Shown here: positions 1 to 10,583 of the stretch, piece by piece
Layout: each line of letters opens with the position of its first letter
Numbering within the stretch: the stretch's first letter is position 1
Source: an uncultured virus (IMG/VR IMGVR_UViG_3300027782_000043)
Lineage: Duplodnaviria; Heunggongvirae; Uroviricota; Caudoviricetes
Length of the DNA stretch: 57,489 nucleotides
Virus record (IMG/VR): IMGVR_UViG_3300027782_000043
Direction: 5' to 3' (one strand)
The notes under the pieces: generated by a model
What the model saw: only the letters and a program-made list of their open reading frames with translations
Told to the model about the DNA's origin: nothing
Databases searched by the model: none
Made by a program: the position numbers and the translations under genes

Positions 1-107
1 TGCGTAAAACCTCCACCGTCAACTAGTTGGAACCCAACTAAGTTGTCTGAAAAGGTACCCTGACCACTGGCAGGTTGAGGGGGACATTTATATTTGTTTG
101 TCGCCAT
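1..107 (-). CDS. Partial CDS (N-terminus only, runs off the left edge): MATNKYKCPPQPASGQGTFSDNLVGFQLVDGGGFT..., probable virion protein
   Basis: ATG at 107-105 overlaps the TAA of the upstream gene (TAATG coupling). The frame is open to the window edge. Not in the ORF track. Confidence 0.75.
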   Translation of the reverse strand, partial: MATNKYKCPPQPASGQGTFSDNLVGFQLVDGGGFT

Positions 108-1015
108 TATGAAGTTATATTTGAGAAGTTTTTACTAAAATCAATATTAATACCCCTATCTTGTCTTACCTCATATAATAAGTTATTAAATTGATCTCTA
201 ATTTCATAAAGATTGTATTGTTTATAAATATTGTTGTTACTGTCATATATGGTATATATACCATCATCCATAGATTTAGTTTGATTACCATATAACGCAA
301 TTGCTAGTGTTGAAATATCGTGTTCAACAATTTCAATTTCAACTGTTGTTGGATTAAAGTATGTGTTAGATATTATTATATTTTGATCCGGTTGTCCAAT
401 AAATGGGGTTGCATTTGGTTTATTTGTTGGAGATGACGATGGAGATAAAGTACAAAATATTAAATTTGTTGATGATTCAACATACCTATATCTAATAGAC
501 TTTTGACTTGTATTCGTTAAATTTTCAACAACAGGTTCACAATAGAATGATGAGGTTATAATTCTAAAAAAATTAGGAATTTTAGTCCCATCAGAATTTA
601 AATATTCAACCCTAAAACCAACTAAACCTTGATTAATAAATTTATTTTTAAAGTTAGAAGGAACATTATTTATATCAACAACAATACCTTTAACATTGGG
701 TAAAGCGGACAATATTCCACAATCTAAAATTTTAGTTCTTATTTCTGCTGGTCTTATATATAACGTATATATACCAAGTTGATTGAATTGATCTGTGGGT
801 AATTTTAAATTATATAATCCCCCAAGTATTTCAACATTATTATTACCACCAGTAGTTCCGTTATGAAAATATGGTCTCAATATCGCACTCGCATTTAATT
901 TTGTTAATACAAAATTGTCTGTTTCGTCTCTTGATGGTGTATAATTTAAAATTATTTCTACGTCATCAGGGCTTACATCCGAGCTTCTTATTGTTCCGTA
1001 ATTACCTGTAGCCAC
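107..1015 (-). CDS. Hypothetical phage structural protein (302 aa, GTG start)
   Basis: Long ORF in the baseplate-downstream gene run, with a TATTTATA motif upstream. No recognisable enzymatic motif. Confidence 0.7.
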   Translation of the reverse strand: MATGNYGTIRSSDVSPDDVEIILNYTPSRDETDNFVLTKLNASAILRPYFHNGTTGGNNNVEILGGLYNLKLPTDQFNQLGIYTLYIRPAEIRTKILDCGILSALPNVKGIVVDINNVPSNFKNKFINQGLVGFRVEYLNSDGTKIPNFFRIITSSFYCEPVVENLTNTSQKSIRYRYVESSTNLIFCTLSPSSSPTNKPNATPFIGQPDQNIIISNTYFNPTTVEIEIVEHDISTLAIALYGNQTKSMDDGIYTIYDSNNNIYKQYNLYEIRDQFNNLLYEVRQDRGINIDFSKNFSNITS

Positions 1016-1065
1016 AATTATTAGTTTTTAAAATTTGTTTATTGTTTAAATATAAATACTTAAAA

Positions 1066-2238
1066 TCATTGTTTTTCAACATTAAAAAATCCATATCCAT
1101 ATTTTTCTAAATCTCCCACATTATCAACTTCTCCAAGTCTTTCAATACTTTCTAATCCCGAATTTTTACCTCTCTCAATATAGACATCAGTTTGTATTTC
1201 TGGTTGGTCAATTACATTAAGTAACGCTTCATTTTTTGTTATTGCAGATAAAATTAAATCGTTTTGTGTAAATCCTGATGAATCAATAATGTATAATGTG
1301 GTACCATCATTATAATCATAGTAAAGAATATCATTAATTGTATATGCAGTATATGTGTTTGTCGGATCCGGACCCCAATAAGTTCCAACAGATTCTGATG
1401 TTCCGGTAACTTGTATCCCTATTTTAAATTTACCTCCGTATAAATTATATGTTGGACCATATGATGTTAAATCATTTACATTTGATTGTGTATATCCTGT
1501 TATAATAAATGGTACAGTGGTGTAGTTTGAACTTATGTAATCATTTATGTTAGTATTTGAATCGCCAGTAAAAATATAATCATAATTAAATGATGTATTT
1601 GCCCAACTACCTCCCGCAGGGGTGAATGTTGCAACTCCATTAGGATTAAAAATAATCACATTAGTAAATGGAACGGTAACAGTTTTTGTTATGATTGATA
1701 TTCCCCATGGTGATATAGATTTAAGGGTAATTGTGTATGTTTGATTAACAACAGGATAAACATGGGTATATTGAATTGGTGAAGTTACTGTTTGAATTGG
1801 GGATCCATCCCCCCAATCAACAGTATAAGTTGATACGGATAAAAACTTTTTGAATTCAGTGTCTGAAGTATTATAGAAGTAAAAAGTATATGGATTACCT
1901 GTTGTTGCGGAAAATAAAAAGTTAGTAATAACTTCTTTTTGTATTATTGCTCCGTCAAATATAGAGTAATAACCAATATCTGTAGCCACTTCTGTTAATA
2001 GAATTGGTACCGATAGTTGAGTTAATAATGAATATCCATTTGTTCCTCCTGACAATATTTGTGACATACCTGAGTACACACCAGTAAATCCAGTTAATGT
2101 TGTTGGGGTTACTGAAGTAATTGAACAACACGGATCAGTAAAATAAGAGTATTCAGTATCACCTAAGTAGGTAATACCAACGATGTCCCTCTTAATATTT
2201 TCGGGAGATATTTTAAAATAATATTTTTGTTCTTCCAT
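1066..2238 (-). CDS. Putative virion protein with a PKD/Ig-like domain (390 aa)
   Basis: 'YTVDWGDGS...YTHVY...YTITL' matches the PKD WDFGDG-type signature. Thr/Ser/Tyr-rich beta composition. Confidence 0.65.
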   Translation of the reverse strand: MEEQKYYFKISPENIKRDIVGITYLGDTEYSYFTDPCCSITSVTPTTLTGFTGVYSGMSQILSGGTNGYSLLTQLSVPILLTEVATDIGYYSIFDGAIIQKEVITNFLFSATTGNPYTFYFYNTSDTEFKKFLSVSTYTVDWGDGSPIQTVTSPIQYTHVYPVVNQTYTITLKSISPWGISIITKTVTVPFTNVIIFNPNGVATFTPAGGSWANTSFNYDYIFTGDSNTNINDYISSNYTTVPFIITGYTQSNVNDLTSYGPTYNLYGGKFKIGIQVTGTSESVGTYWGPDPTNTYTAYTINDILYYDYNDGTTLYIIDSSGFTQNDLILSAITKNEALLNVIDQPEIQTDVYIERGKNSGLESIERLGEVDNVGDLEKYGYGFFNVEKQ

Positions 2239-2239
2239 A

Positions 2240-3061
2240 TTAAGGGTTTACATATTCATACCATTGAATTGGGAATCCGTCTATCCCAACTCTTTGTGTT
2301 AAATTTGAAGTTGCGTAAACTTCATAAGTTTTATTTGTGTAATCTAACTTAACTTTATAATAAAAATAATCATTTGGATTAAATGTAAATTTATTTCCAA
2401 TGTTTGGTTGTGAAGTATTTGTCATTTTAACATAAACCCCCAATCTTGCATCAAAAAATTTAGCTCCCATATAAAAATCAGAAATATTAATATAATCTTG
2501 TTTTCTTAACCAATATAAATGAAAACCTTCCTTATCTCCAATAAAATCTAAACTAAACTTTGGTATTTTAATATCAACATTTGATAATAATGAGGATAGT
2601 GTTACCGGTTGAGTAAACCCTTGTTGTACAGGTAATATTATTGATAAATAAAGATTTTGAGTTTTTTCATCGGTAGTGTCATATAAATCCAATTTAAAAA
2701 ATGATTTAGTAAAAGGTTTTTGGTAAAAATAAATTTCGTCCACAGTAAACCCTTCATCTAAATAACTATTATTCCAATTTGTATTATTTATTAACGGCGA
2801 TGTTATTGGTAAAACATTGTCATAAAAATAAAATTCATAATTTATATTTGTTTTCATTAAATTTAAATTATCAACATATTCATTGTGAGAAAATCTTGAG
2901 ATCTCAAAATCATTTACCCCCCCAATAACTTCTTTAACCATTTTTTCTTGATATTCATCAATACTATCATCTCTACCAAGAAAATCCCAATTCATTTCTA
3001 ATGGAATATTTAAATACTGATTATTTTCAGGTAAAACTATTTTATATTTATTCACAATCAT
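2240..3061 (-). CDS. Hypothetical phage structural protein (273 aa)
   Basis: Long ORF overlapping the upstream gene end, in a structural operon. Confidence 0.7.
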   Translation of the reverse strand: MIVNKYKIVLPENNQYLNIPLEMNWDFLGRDDSIDEYQEKMVKEVIGGVNDFEISRFSHNEYVDNLNLMKTNINYEFYFYDNVLPITSPLINNTNWNNSYLDEGFTVDEIYFYQKPFTKSFFKLDLYDTTDEKTQNLYLSIILPVQQGFTQPVTLSSLLSNVDIKIPKFSLDFIGDKEGFHLYWLRKQDYINISDFYMGAKFFDARLGVYVKMTNTSQPNIGNKFTFNPNDYFYYKVKLDYTNKTYEVYATSNLTQRVGIDGFPIQWYEYVNP

Positions 3062-4817
3062 CTGTAGTTGGTGGTGCTATTACGTTTATGTTCTGAACTC
3101 CAACATTACTTCCTTCAGGTATTATTCTAAAAATCGTATTTACAAAGGGATAATGTTTACCATTTATAAATGGATAATCAACCCCCACTCCATCATTATC
3201 AATAAAACCATACGGATATAAATCTCTCCATCTAAAACTATTTGATAAATTGGAGTAAAATGAATAGTCAGGAATGTTAGTTACCTTTAATGGATCACCC
3301 TCTTCAACATATGATGAATATTTTCTTAAAACAATTGGGTCATGTGGTTTATAAAAATACCCAAATTGATTATTTTGTGGGGCATTAGTATTCAAACTAA
3401 AATAAGCTTGATTGTAAGTTATTTTATGGTTGTATTTAGATATTACTCTTTCAGTTTGTTCATAATCATTCCATTCACAATGATCACCATCAATTAAATC
3501 TTCAGATTTAAGATTTTCATTGTATAAAAACGGTCCCACTATTGGTGTTGTTAGACTATTATAAGTGTTAGTTAAAATTGAAGTCTCCGATAAAGGATTG
3601 GAAACATCCCACCAAGGATTTGGTAGTGAGTTATTTAAATATAAATTAAAATCCCAACCTTCTTTTAACTTTTTTGTCCACCCAAAATACCCTTTCCATA
3701 TAGTTGTAAAAAATAATTCACTTACTGGTCTATTTTGATTATCCCTTAAAGGGTTAATATCTATATCAACATTAAAGGATAATGAATACGACTGACTTCC
3801 TTCTAAAATTGATGTTCTTGAAAGATTGTTTGGTGTTAACACCGCATTTTCAAATTTACTTTTTGCGTTATATATATTTTGTTCAAACCCAGCTTTAACC
3901 ATTACAGCGTCTTCAGAATTTGTTAATATTTTATGAACCCTAACATAATATTCTGAAGTAGTTTCAATTTCATTACTTTTATTTATTACTCTTTTAAATG
4001 TTCCTGTATTTCCGTTATTAAATGTTGTACCAACATAACCAATATTATAAATGTTAAATATAAATTCTTCACTACCAAAACCACCGTCCCCTAAACTATT
4101 AATTTGAAATATATTAGTTCCATTGTATGTTAAAGATAATTTTACAAACTCACCAACATTTAACCCATGTTTCATAGGACATCTAAATTCAATGTTTGGT
4201 CCAAAATTATTATTACCAACATTAATTATAAATGGAATTCCATCTGAAACCATCCAAACCCAACTTGCTGTTGTTTCTGTATCAATAGCATACATTTGTT
4301 TAGTATAGTTATTTTTATATCCATAACTAACATAATGTGTCCAATTATATGTACTAGCACTTTTATTCACAAAATTAATATGGTTATTTGGGGGTAAAGT
4401 ATATCCACCAACATTATTATCCGTTCTAATAAAATCAAATTCAAAGTATTGTGGAAGACCGTCCCAAGGAACATTTGGTACGGGAATTGCCGGTGGTTGG
4501 TTTCCTCCAGGAAATGTTAATAAAGTATTTTCAATAGAGTTAGTGTAATATAAATTGTTTTTAAATGGGTCGTAATTTGTTGATCCTGTATACTCATTTT
4601 TAAAAATAATAGAATATTTTGTTACAGGTCTAAAAATTGTACTTGATTCTCTTTCATCAATAAAAACTTGTTGTAAACCTAAATCTACATTTCTATCAAA
4701 TTCAATAATTTCTTTTTCATTTTGATTTAAATCAACATTTACCGATAATACGGAATTTGGTGAAGATTTATATCTTAACGAACCTAAAACTATTTTTGTT
4801 GTATCATTTACTCCCAT
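3048..4817 (-). CDS. Hypothetical phage structural protein (589 aa)
   Basis: Long ORF with TAATG coupling to the 1897-aa gene at 4817. Confidence 0.75.
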   Translation of the reverse strand: MGVNDTTKIVLGSLRYKSSPNSVLSVNVDLNQNEKEIIEFDRNVDLGLQQVFIDERESSTIFRPVTKYSIIFKNEYTGSTNYDPFKNNLYYTNSIENTLLTFPGGNQPPAIPVPNVPWDGLPQYFEFDFIRTDNNVGGYTLPPNNHINFVNKSASTYNWTHYVSYGYKNNYTKQMYAIDTETTASWVWMVSDGIPFIINVGNNNFGPNIEFRCPMKHGLNVGEFVKLSLTYNGTNIFQINSLGDGGFGSEEFIFNIYNIGYVGTTFNNGNTGTFKRVINKSNEIETTSEYYVRVHKILTNSEDAVMVKAGFEQNIYNAKSKFENAVLTPNNLSRTSILEGSQSYSLSFNVDIDINPLRDNQNRPVSELFFTTIWKGYFGWTKKLKEGWDFNLYLNNSLPNPWWDVSNPLSETSILTNTYNSLTTPIVGPFLYNENLKSEDLIDGDHCEWNDYEQTERVISKYNHKITYNQAYFSLNTNAPQNNQFGYFYKPHDPIVLRKYSSYVEEGDPLKVTNIPDYSFYSNLSNSFRWRDLYPYGFIDNDGVGVDYPFINGKHYPFVNTIFRIIPEGSNVGVQNINVIAPPTTDDCE

Positions 4818-7800
4818 TATATCTCAGTAAAATTAACATATTTTTTTATAAATCTATTCATCGCAGTTTTTCCGTTATTTAAACCAAAATAAAAGTGACT
4901 AGGTGCTCCAACCAAATAAAGATTACCGTTTACCGCAAGGGGTTGACCAGGTATTATTGGTGACGGAAGTCCTGTTGACGCATTAAAATTAGTTATAAAC
5001 CCTTGGGGTAATAGTGGTAAAGAATTTCCAGGTATTAATGAAGGTGTTGAAAAATAAGGATCAACACTATAATCTAAATCTTGATATCCTTTCTTAAAAA
5101 ATCCAACCCCCCCACTTTGATTGGGGTTTGTCCACCAATTATTAGATTCCGACCCAAAAATTACACTAGATGGTTGTAAAATCCATTTATAATGGGGTAC
5201 TTCTTGAGTTTTTGGATAACCATAAGCATCTTGTAATAAAGGTGAAATGTTATAAATTTCAATACCAGGTGTTAATTGTCTTCTGTAATAATATTCAATT
5301 GTGGATGATCTATAAAATACACCAAAAACAGGTTTACTTGGTGAAGGAGACTGTCCATCATCACCAATAAATATGTCCAAATTACCATAATTTTCATCAA
5401 TAAATGAATTAATTTTATGTTCTGAATTAATAGATAATGATTGAGCAAAATCACCATCAATTCTATCTCCGCCACGACTGCTATTAAAAAACTGAATAAT
5501 CCCCTTACCCTCACTATCATTTCCACCAACACTAACAGGTATTAATGCTTGTCTAAAATTAGCGTTTAGTATTCTTGATAAAAACCCTATTTGTATAATA
5601 TCACCATTTTCATTATAACTTGTTGATCTGAACTGTTCGGCCATATACCCTTTAAAATTAGGGTCATTACAAATTTCACTTATATATGAATCTCTTGGCC
5701 CCATATCTAATATTGTGGTTGGGAACATTATATTTTTATCATTATACCCTGGTTTAAAATTTAATGTTAACCAATTTGGTGGTTGTGGTATTTCTTTTCC
5801 AATAAATTCTTGATTGCTATCACTCCAAGGAGAACTTCTATAATAGAAATTATTACTGTTATTATTATAAACAACAATATCTTTACAATATACATAATTA
5901 GGTGTTGTTATATTAGTAAGGTTGCTTGTTGGATATATTGATCTTTTGTTAAAAGTTGGCATGTATAATGTACCATTTATCCAATTATTTTGAAAAGTTT
6001 GAGCGAAAACTCCTCTACACAGAGCAAATACTAATGTAAATCTTGTTTTCCATTCCATAAACAATCTACGATCGTCTCTAAAAGCATTTCTTATTAAATA
6101 ATAATGTTTATCATGATCACTATTATCTTTATTTAATAAACAATAACAACCTTTAGTTACTCTATTTTCAGGAATAGAACATTGGTTAGCGGGGATTACC
6201 CCCACATTAGTACCACTACCCGAATAACAATCTAAAGCAACCAATCCATCACAAGTAAGTGTTTGAGTTAATCCAGTATTACCACTATATTGATCTAAAA
6301 ATTCAGAAACATCATAAATACTAGCAAAATTACTTGTGTTTTGACCACCAACACCGTCAGCTTTATAATAACAGAACTTATTGTTTTGGTGTAAAGCGTA
6401 TCCAGTACCATTTCCAGGTGCAGGATCAATACAAGTGGATGTAGGTAATCTATCACTTCTCATAACAATTCTATTTGAATTATTAAAATTAACACCTAAC
6501 AAGGAAAGGTCCTTAAAATAAGCTGGAGAATATAACGCAAAATGATCGGTTAGATTATTAGTTGGCCAACCATAGTCTGTCTTATTCGACACTTGGTTAT
6601 AAAAAGCTCCATTTAAAGAGTACGAATAATTAAAAGACGCAGCAATAAAAGGACCTCCACCTATATAGTCTGTTTGATTTCTAGGTAAAGTATAATTACT
6701 AATTGGTGATAATAAATAAGGATTTATAGCTAAAGCTTGTTTTGGTTGGAAATATGTTAATGGAGCATATGGGTTTGATGATAGCTCATCTGTTGATAAA
6801 TAGTAATATGGTAATGTAGACGTGAAACCTGTATAATTACTAGGAGTTATTGTAAAAGTAAATGAAGGGAAATATAAATTGGTGAACGTATTTGTTGGTG
6901 TATTATGTGTCAATGGTGTTTGACCAACAGGTTTTATTGGTTGATTTAAATAATATTTACCTCTTATTTTTAAATTTGCTTGTGGTGTTGTATATCCTAA
7001 TATTTTTGATATATCATATTCTATTGTTTGTTTTTCGGTATGTGGATCAACACCTCTAACAAACATTAATACCTCATAATTTGCCGAATTAGATAATGAA
7101 GCAAGACAATCAAAATTATTTGCCTGTATCGAAGGTATTCCATTATCATTATTATAGGTTTGTCCGTTAACAAAAGTTGGTGGGGTAATAGGACTGGAGT
7201 TACTAAAACTATTAAATATGTATGGAGGAAACGGTAGGAAATAAGTTAAATCACAAGGATCAGCAATAACATATTGAATTTCGTGTCTTAAATATTTTTT
7301 TGGAAATAAATTTATATTTGTAGTACTATCTAATAAATTAAAATTAGAAACAGAAATTCCTGTTATTACTTGAAAATACTCCACATCTGTTGGATATTTT
7401 AAATAATCATCTTTATTTATATCAGTTATTGTGTCACCAGTTTGAAGTATGTTGATAGTTGAAAAAAGTGGCATACTTGGGTTGGTTGGGTTAGCATATG
7501 TAATAGTGTTTGAAATTGGAACAACATTAGATGTAATATTTGGTGCCGCAGATAATGTTGTTGTTCCTGTTACCGAGTTATTACCAAATATATTTAGTGT
7601 TGCACCAGTTAAATTTATGTTTCTTGGTATTAGTTGTCCATTTTTAAAGAGAGGACTCTGAAATGTCACAAGTTCTCCTATTCCTAAAGTTTGTGCTGTT
7701 CCGGCATTTGCTAAAACAACAATAATTTGATCTGTAAATGATTGTTGAGGCCCTAAATTATATGGGGCAACACTCAACTGAGGGTTTACCGTAGTGGTTA

Positions 7801-10510
7801 TTATATTTGGTCCTCCACCGGGACCAGTAGTATTAAAATATTTATCTCTAGTGTTAAACTCATTTAATTTTTGTGGGTAGGTTTCTTTTGTTGGATATCC
7901 AAACCATCTTTCATCAGGTCCACCACTTTTTTCAGCGGCAAATAAGAATGGTTGTGGTGCGTGGTATTTATGAAAATCCAAAGTTCCTGGTGTTATTATA
8001 TCAGTACCTGAAAATAATCTTCTAAAATCAATTACCGCATTTATAACAACATCACCATCTATCTGTTGATCAACAACTCTATTTATTAATGATTTATATT
8101 GACACTGTCCCAAACCCAATCCAATACTTGTTGGACAATAAAAATATCCCTTAGAATTTGCATCCGCGTCTTCCTCTGGATAGTTTTCAAAATTTGGGTG
8201 CATTACGTTATATGACCCCGATAAATTTATAGGAGCAATAAATGATGTTGACTGCGCATATTCTAAACCAGAATCATCTAACCCACTTTGTTGTGCCGCA
8301 ATATCAGCATTAACAGAGTTGGCATCAATATCATCATCAATTTCTGCGTTTCCGCAATCACAATCACAACTTGTACATTCTGGATAAGACATCATTGGTA
8401 ATCCAAGTCTTGGGAAATCCGTTATTTTTATTAAATAAATTATGGTAAACGCAACAAAAGATAAAGATAAGGCTAGTTTAAAAAGAAGTTTTGCATAATA
8501 CAAAGCAATTTGTAATATGTCACCTGCACTAAATACAGGTCCTCCAGGAACAGAAACAGTGGAAGTCGATGAAATAATCCAATTTGTTAATTGAATCCCA
8601 TCTGATATCGCTTCATAAGCAAAATAAAGTCCTAAAACAATTAATAAATATTTTAAAACAGGCCAAATAAATGCAATAAAATGCATCAACCATAATATGA
8701 TTATAAGTGGTATTGCTAATATATTAAGTATTATATTAAACGCAAAAAATAAAGGGTCAAAATTTTTAATTATATCATTAACTGGAAATGTGTTAGTTGT
8801 AGACTTACAACTTCTGTCGTCAATTTCTTTAATCCCTAAATGTCTTGCTCTGCCAGCTCCTCTTTTATACCTATCCAAAAACATTGAGGTGGTATAAACT
8901 TTATTATAATTAAATTCATAAAACTTATCTTCACAGTCTATCGCCTCTTGTATCATTTGTTGACCTGTGGTAGTCGTATTATCACCATAATCATTCCAGT
9001 CCACACTAAAAGCATAAGATCTTAAAGCATCAAAAGTTGGTTGTTGATAAAACGTATAATTAAATTGGGTTAGAGTGCCGGGATTTATAGGAACAACATT
9101 TATTGTTAAAATTGTAGGAATAACGGTAATTGGAATACTTTCTAAATCACCAAAATATAGGACACCATTTAATAAAATTGTAAAACTTTCAACGTTAATT
9201 TTATTATCTAAAGCTAATCCACCTGTTGATGTGTTATTTAGAGGATATGTAAAAGTAACCGTACCATTTGGTATTATAATTGTATGTAATGTAGTTGGGT
9301 AATTTATCAATGGGTCAATTGATGGCGTTATCCATCCGTGTTCTTTAATATTTGGAACAAGAAAATGTCCTCTTTGAAATGGGTTTTGTAAACCTTGTTC
9401 ATTTTGCCATTTAAATTTAAATCTATATTTTCCTTTTGTTGGTAGACCTTTATTAGGATCATTAGATAAAACTTGTTCCCCAAATTCATTGGTTATAATA
9501 TAATTTAAATTCATTGGAACATTTACTAAAAATGTACCGTCTGAATCAATAACCTTACCACCTTCAACTAACGCATAAGGTTCAAGAATTGGTCGACCAA
9601 GTTGGTCAACTCCAATAGTTTGCCTAATTGTTACTATTTCTCCAGGACCTGAAACTAATTCACATAAATTTCCTGTATTATTTCTTGGTGTACAACTAAC
9701 TCTAACCGCATCATCGTTTGTAGTCGAAATTAATGACCCCATAAATACTGCTGTTGGTTGTATATTAATATTTAGATTTGCCGTCAAATCAAAGTCAGAT
9801 CTAGTTATTCCTAATAAACAAATTTCAGGTTCACCCCATAATGGTGATACCTCAATAATTTTATTTAAACTAACAATTTGCGGTAATTCATTTAAATTTG
9901 TTGATGTTTTAAATCTAGAACCATTAACTTGTGACTCTACCGCAACACCAATGTCTATTAAATCTTGTGGTGATAACGAAAAACATCCAATATCAGATAA
10001 ATCAACGTCCATTAATATTGTTTGAGTACCTGTTGGTACTCCAAATATCATGTAATCACCACTTTCATTTGTTCTTACTGAAAATTTATAGTATTTATCG
10101 TATACCTCAACATATGATTGATCTGTAAGAATTTCATTTTTTGTTGGGAAATTTCCCGTTGATGAGTGTCCATTATATGACGGTTCTTTTGGTAATAAGT
10201 TATATCTATATCCATCTTCATTTATGTCAGAAATTGTTTTATAAGGATATAATTCAGAAATTATTGGATTTTCTAAATCTAAATCACTAATAGGAATAAA
10301 AACAGATACTCTAGCGTTTGGAACTCCAAATCCATTATTAACAATAACTCTACCAACAACTACCCCATAATCGGAGCACATTCTATTATAGATTTCGCCT
10401 TGATTTATTTTTAAAGATAATATCTCTAAAAACTCAAAGTCCTGTTCTAATTGAATGTTGATAGTTTTTTCACTACCAGGAGTAGTTCGTATTCTATATG
10501 ATTTTGGCAT
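4817..10510 (-). CDS. Large baseplate-associated protein (1897 aa) with an N-terminal carboxypeptidase-regulatory-like beta domain and an internal hydrophobic, transmembrane-like block
   Basis: Directly downstream of the gp6-like wedge gene. 'GVVVGRV..NNGFGVPNARVSV...TNESGDYMIFGVPTG' resembles the prealbumin-like fold. Hydrophobic segments lie at about 8425-8760. Confidence 0.65.
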   Translation of the reverse strand: MPKSYRIRTTPGSEKTINIQLEQDFEFLEILSLKINQGEIYNRMCSDYGVVVGRVIVNNGFGVPNARVSVFIPISDLDLENPIISELYPYKTISDINEDGYRYNLLPKEPSYNGHSSTGNFPTKNEILTDQSYVEVYDKYYKFSVRTNESGDYMIFGVPTGTQTILMDVDLSDIGCFSLSPQDLIDIGVAVESQVNGSRFKTSTNLNELPQIVSLNKIIEVSPLWGEPEICLLGITRSDFDLTANLNINIQPTAVFMGSLISTTNDDAVRVSCTPRNNTGNLCELVSGPGEIVTIRQTIGVDQLGRPILEPYALVEGGKVIDSDGTFLVNVPMNLNYIITNEFGEQVLSNDPNKGLPTKGKYRFKFKWQNEQGLQNPFQRGHFLVPNIKEHGWITPSIDPLINYPTTLHTIIIPNGTVTFTYPLNNTSTGGLALDNKINVESFTILLNGVLYFGDLESIPITVIPTILTINVVPINPGTLTQFNYTFYQQPTFDALRSYAFSVDWNDYGDNTTTTGQQMIQEAIDCEDKFYEFNYNKVYTTSMFLDRYKRGAGRARHLGIKEIDDRSCKSTTNTFPVNDIIKNFDPLFFAFNIILNILAIPLIIILWLMHFIAFIWPVLKYLLIVLGLYFAYEAISDGIQLTNWIISSTSTVSVPGGPVFSAGDILQIALYYAKLLFKLALSLSFVAFTIIYLIKITDFPRLGLPMMSYPECTSCDCDCGNAEIDDDIDANSVNADIAAQQSGLDDSGLEYAQSTSFIAPINLSGSYNVMHPNFENYPEEDADANSKGYFYCPTSIGLGLGQCQYKSLINRVVDQQIDGDVVINAVIDFRRLFSGTDIITPGTLDFHKYHAPQPFLFAAEKSGGPDERWFGYPTKETYPQKLNEFNTRDKYFNTTGPGGGPNIITTTVNPQLSVAPYNLGPQQSFTDQIIVVLANAGTAQTLGIGELVTFQSPLFKNGQLIPRNINLTGATLNIFGNNSVTGTTTLSAAPNITSNVVPISNTITYANPTNPSMPLFSTINILQTGDTITDINKDDYLKYPTDVEYFQVITGISVSNFNLLDSTTNINLFPKKYLRHEIQYVIADPCDLTYFLPFPPYIFNSFSNSSPITPPTFVNGQTYNNDNGIPSIQANNFDCLASLSNSANYEVLMFVRGVDPHTEKQTIEYDISKILGYTTPQANLKIRGKYYLNQPIKPVGQTPLTHNTPTNTFTNLYFPSFTFTITPSNYTGFTSTLPYYYLSTDELSSNPYAPLTYFQPKQALAINPYLLSPISNYTLPRNQTDYIGGGPFIAASFNYSYSLNGAFYNQVSNKTDYGWPTNNLTDHFALYSPAYFKDLSLLGVNFNNSNRIVMRSDRLPTSTCIDPAPGNGTGYALHQNNKFCYYKADGVGGQNTSNFASIYDVSEFLDQYSGNTGLTQTLTCDGLVALDCYSGSGTNVGVIPANQCSIPENRVTKGCYCLLNKDNSDHDKHYYLIRNAFRDDRRLFMEWKTRFTLVFALCRGVFAQTFQNNWINGTLYMPTFNKRSIYPTSNLTNITTPNYVYCKDIVVYNNNSNNFYYRSSPWSDSNQEFIGKEIPQPPNWLTLNFKPGYNDKNIMFPTTILDMGPRDSYISEICNDPNFKGYMAEQFRSTSYNENGDIIQIGFLSRILNANFRQALIPVSVGGNDSEGKGIIQFFNSSRGGDRIDGDFAQSLSINSEHKINSFIDENYGNLDIFIGDDGQSPSPSKPVFGVFYRSSTIEYYYRRQLTPGIEIYNISPLLQDAYGYPKTQEVPHYKWILQPSSVIFGSESNNWWTNPNQSGGVGFFKKGYQDLDYSVDPYFSTPSLIPGNSLPLLPQGFITNFNASTGLPSPIIPGQPLAVNGNLYLVGAPSHFYFGLNNGKTAMNRFIKKYVNFTEI

Positions 10511-10583
10511 TAATTACTCTTTTTTGATAAATAGTTTATTTCCTATTTTCAAAAAATAATTCTTTTATTCAAAAAATAAATTA

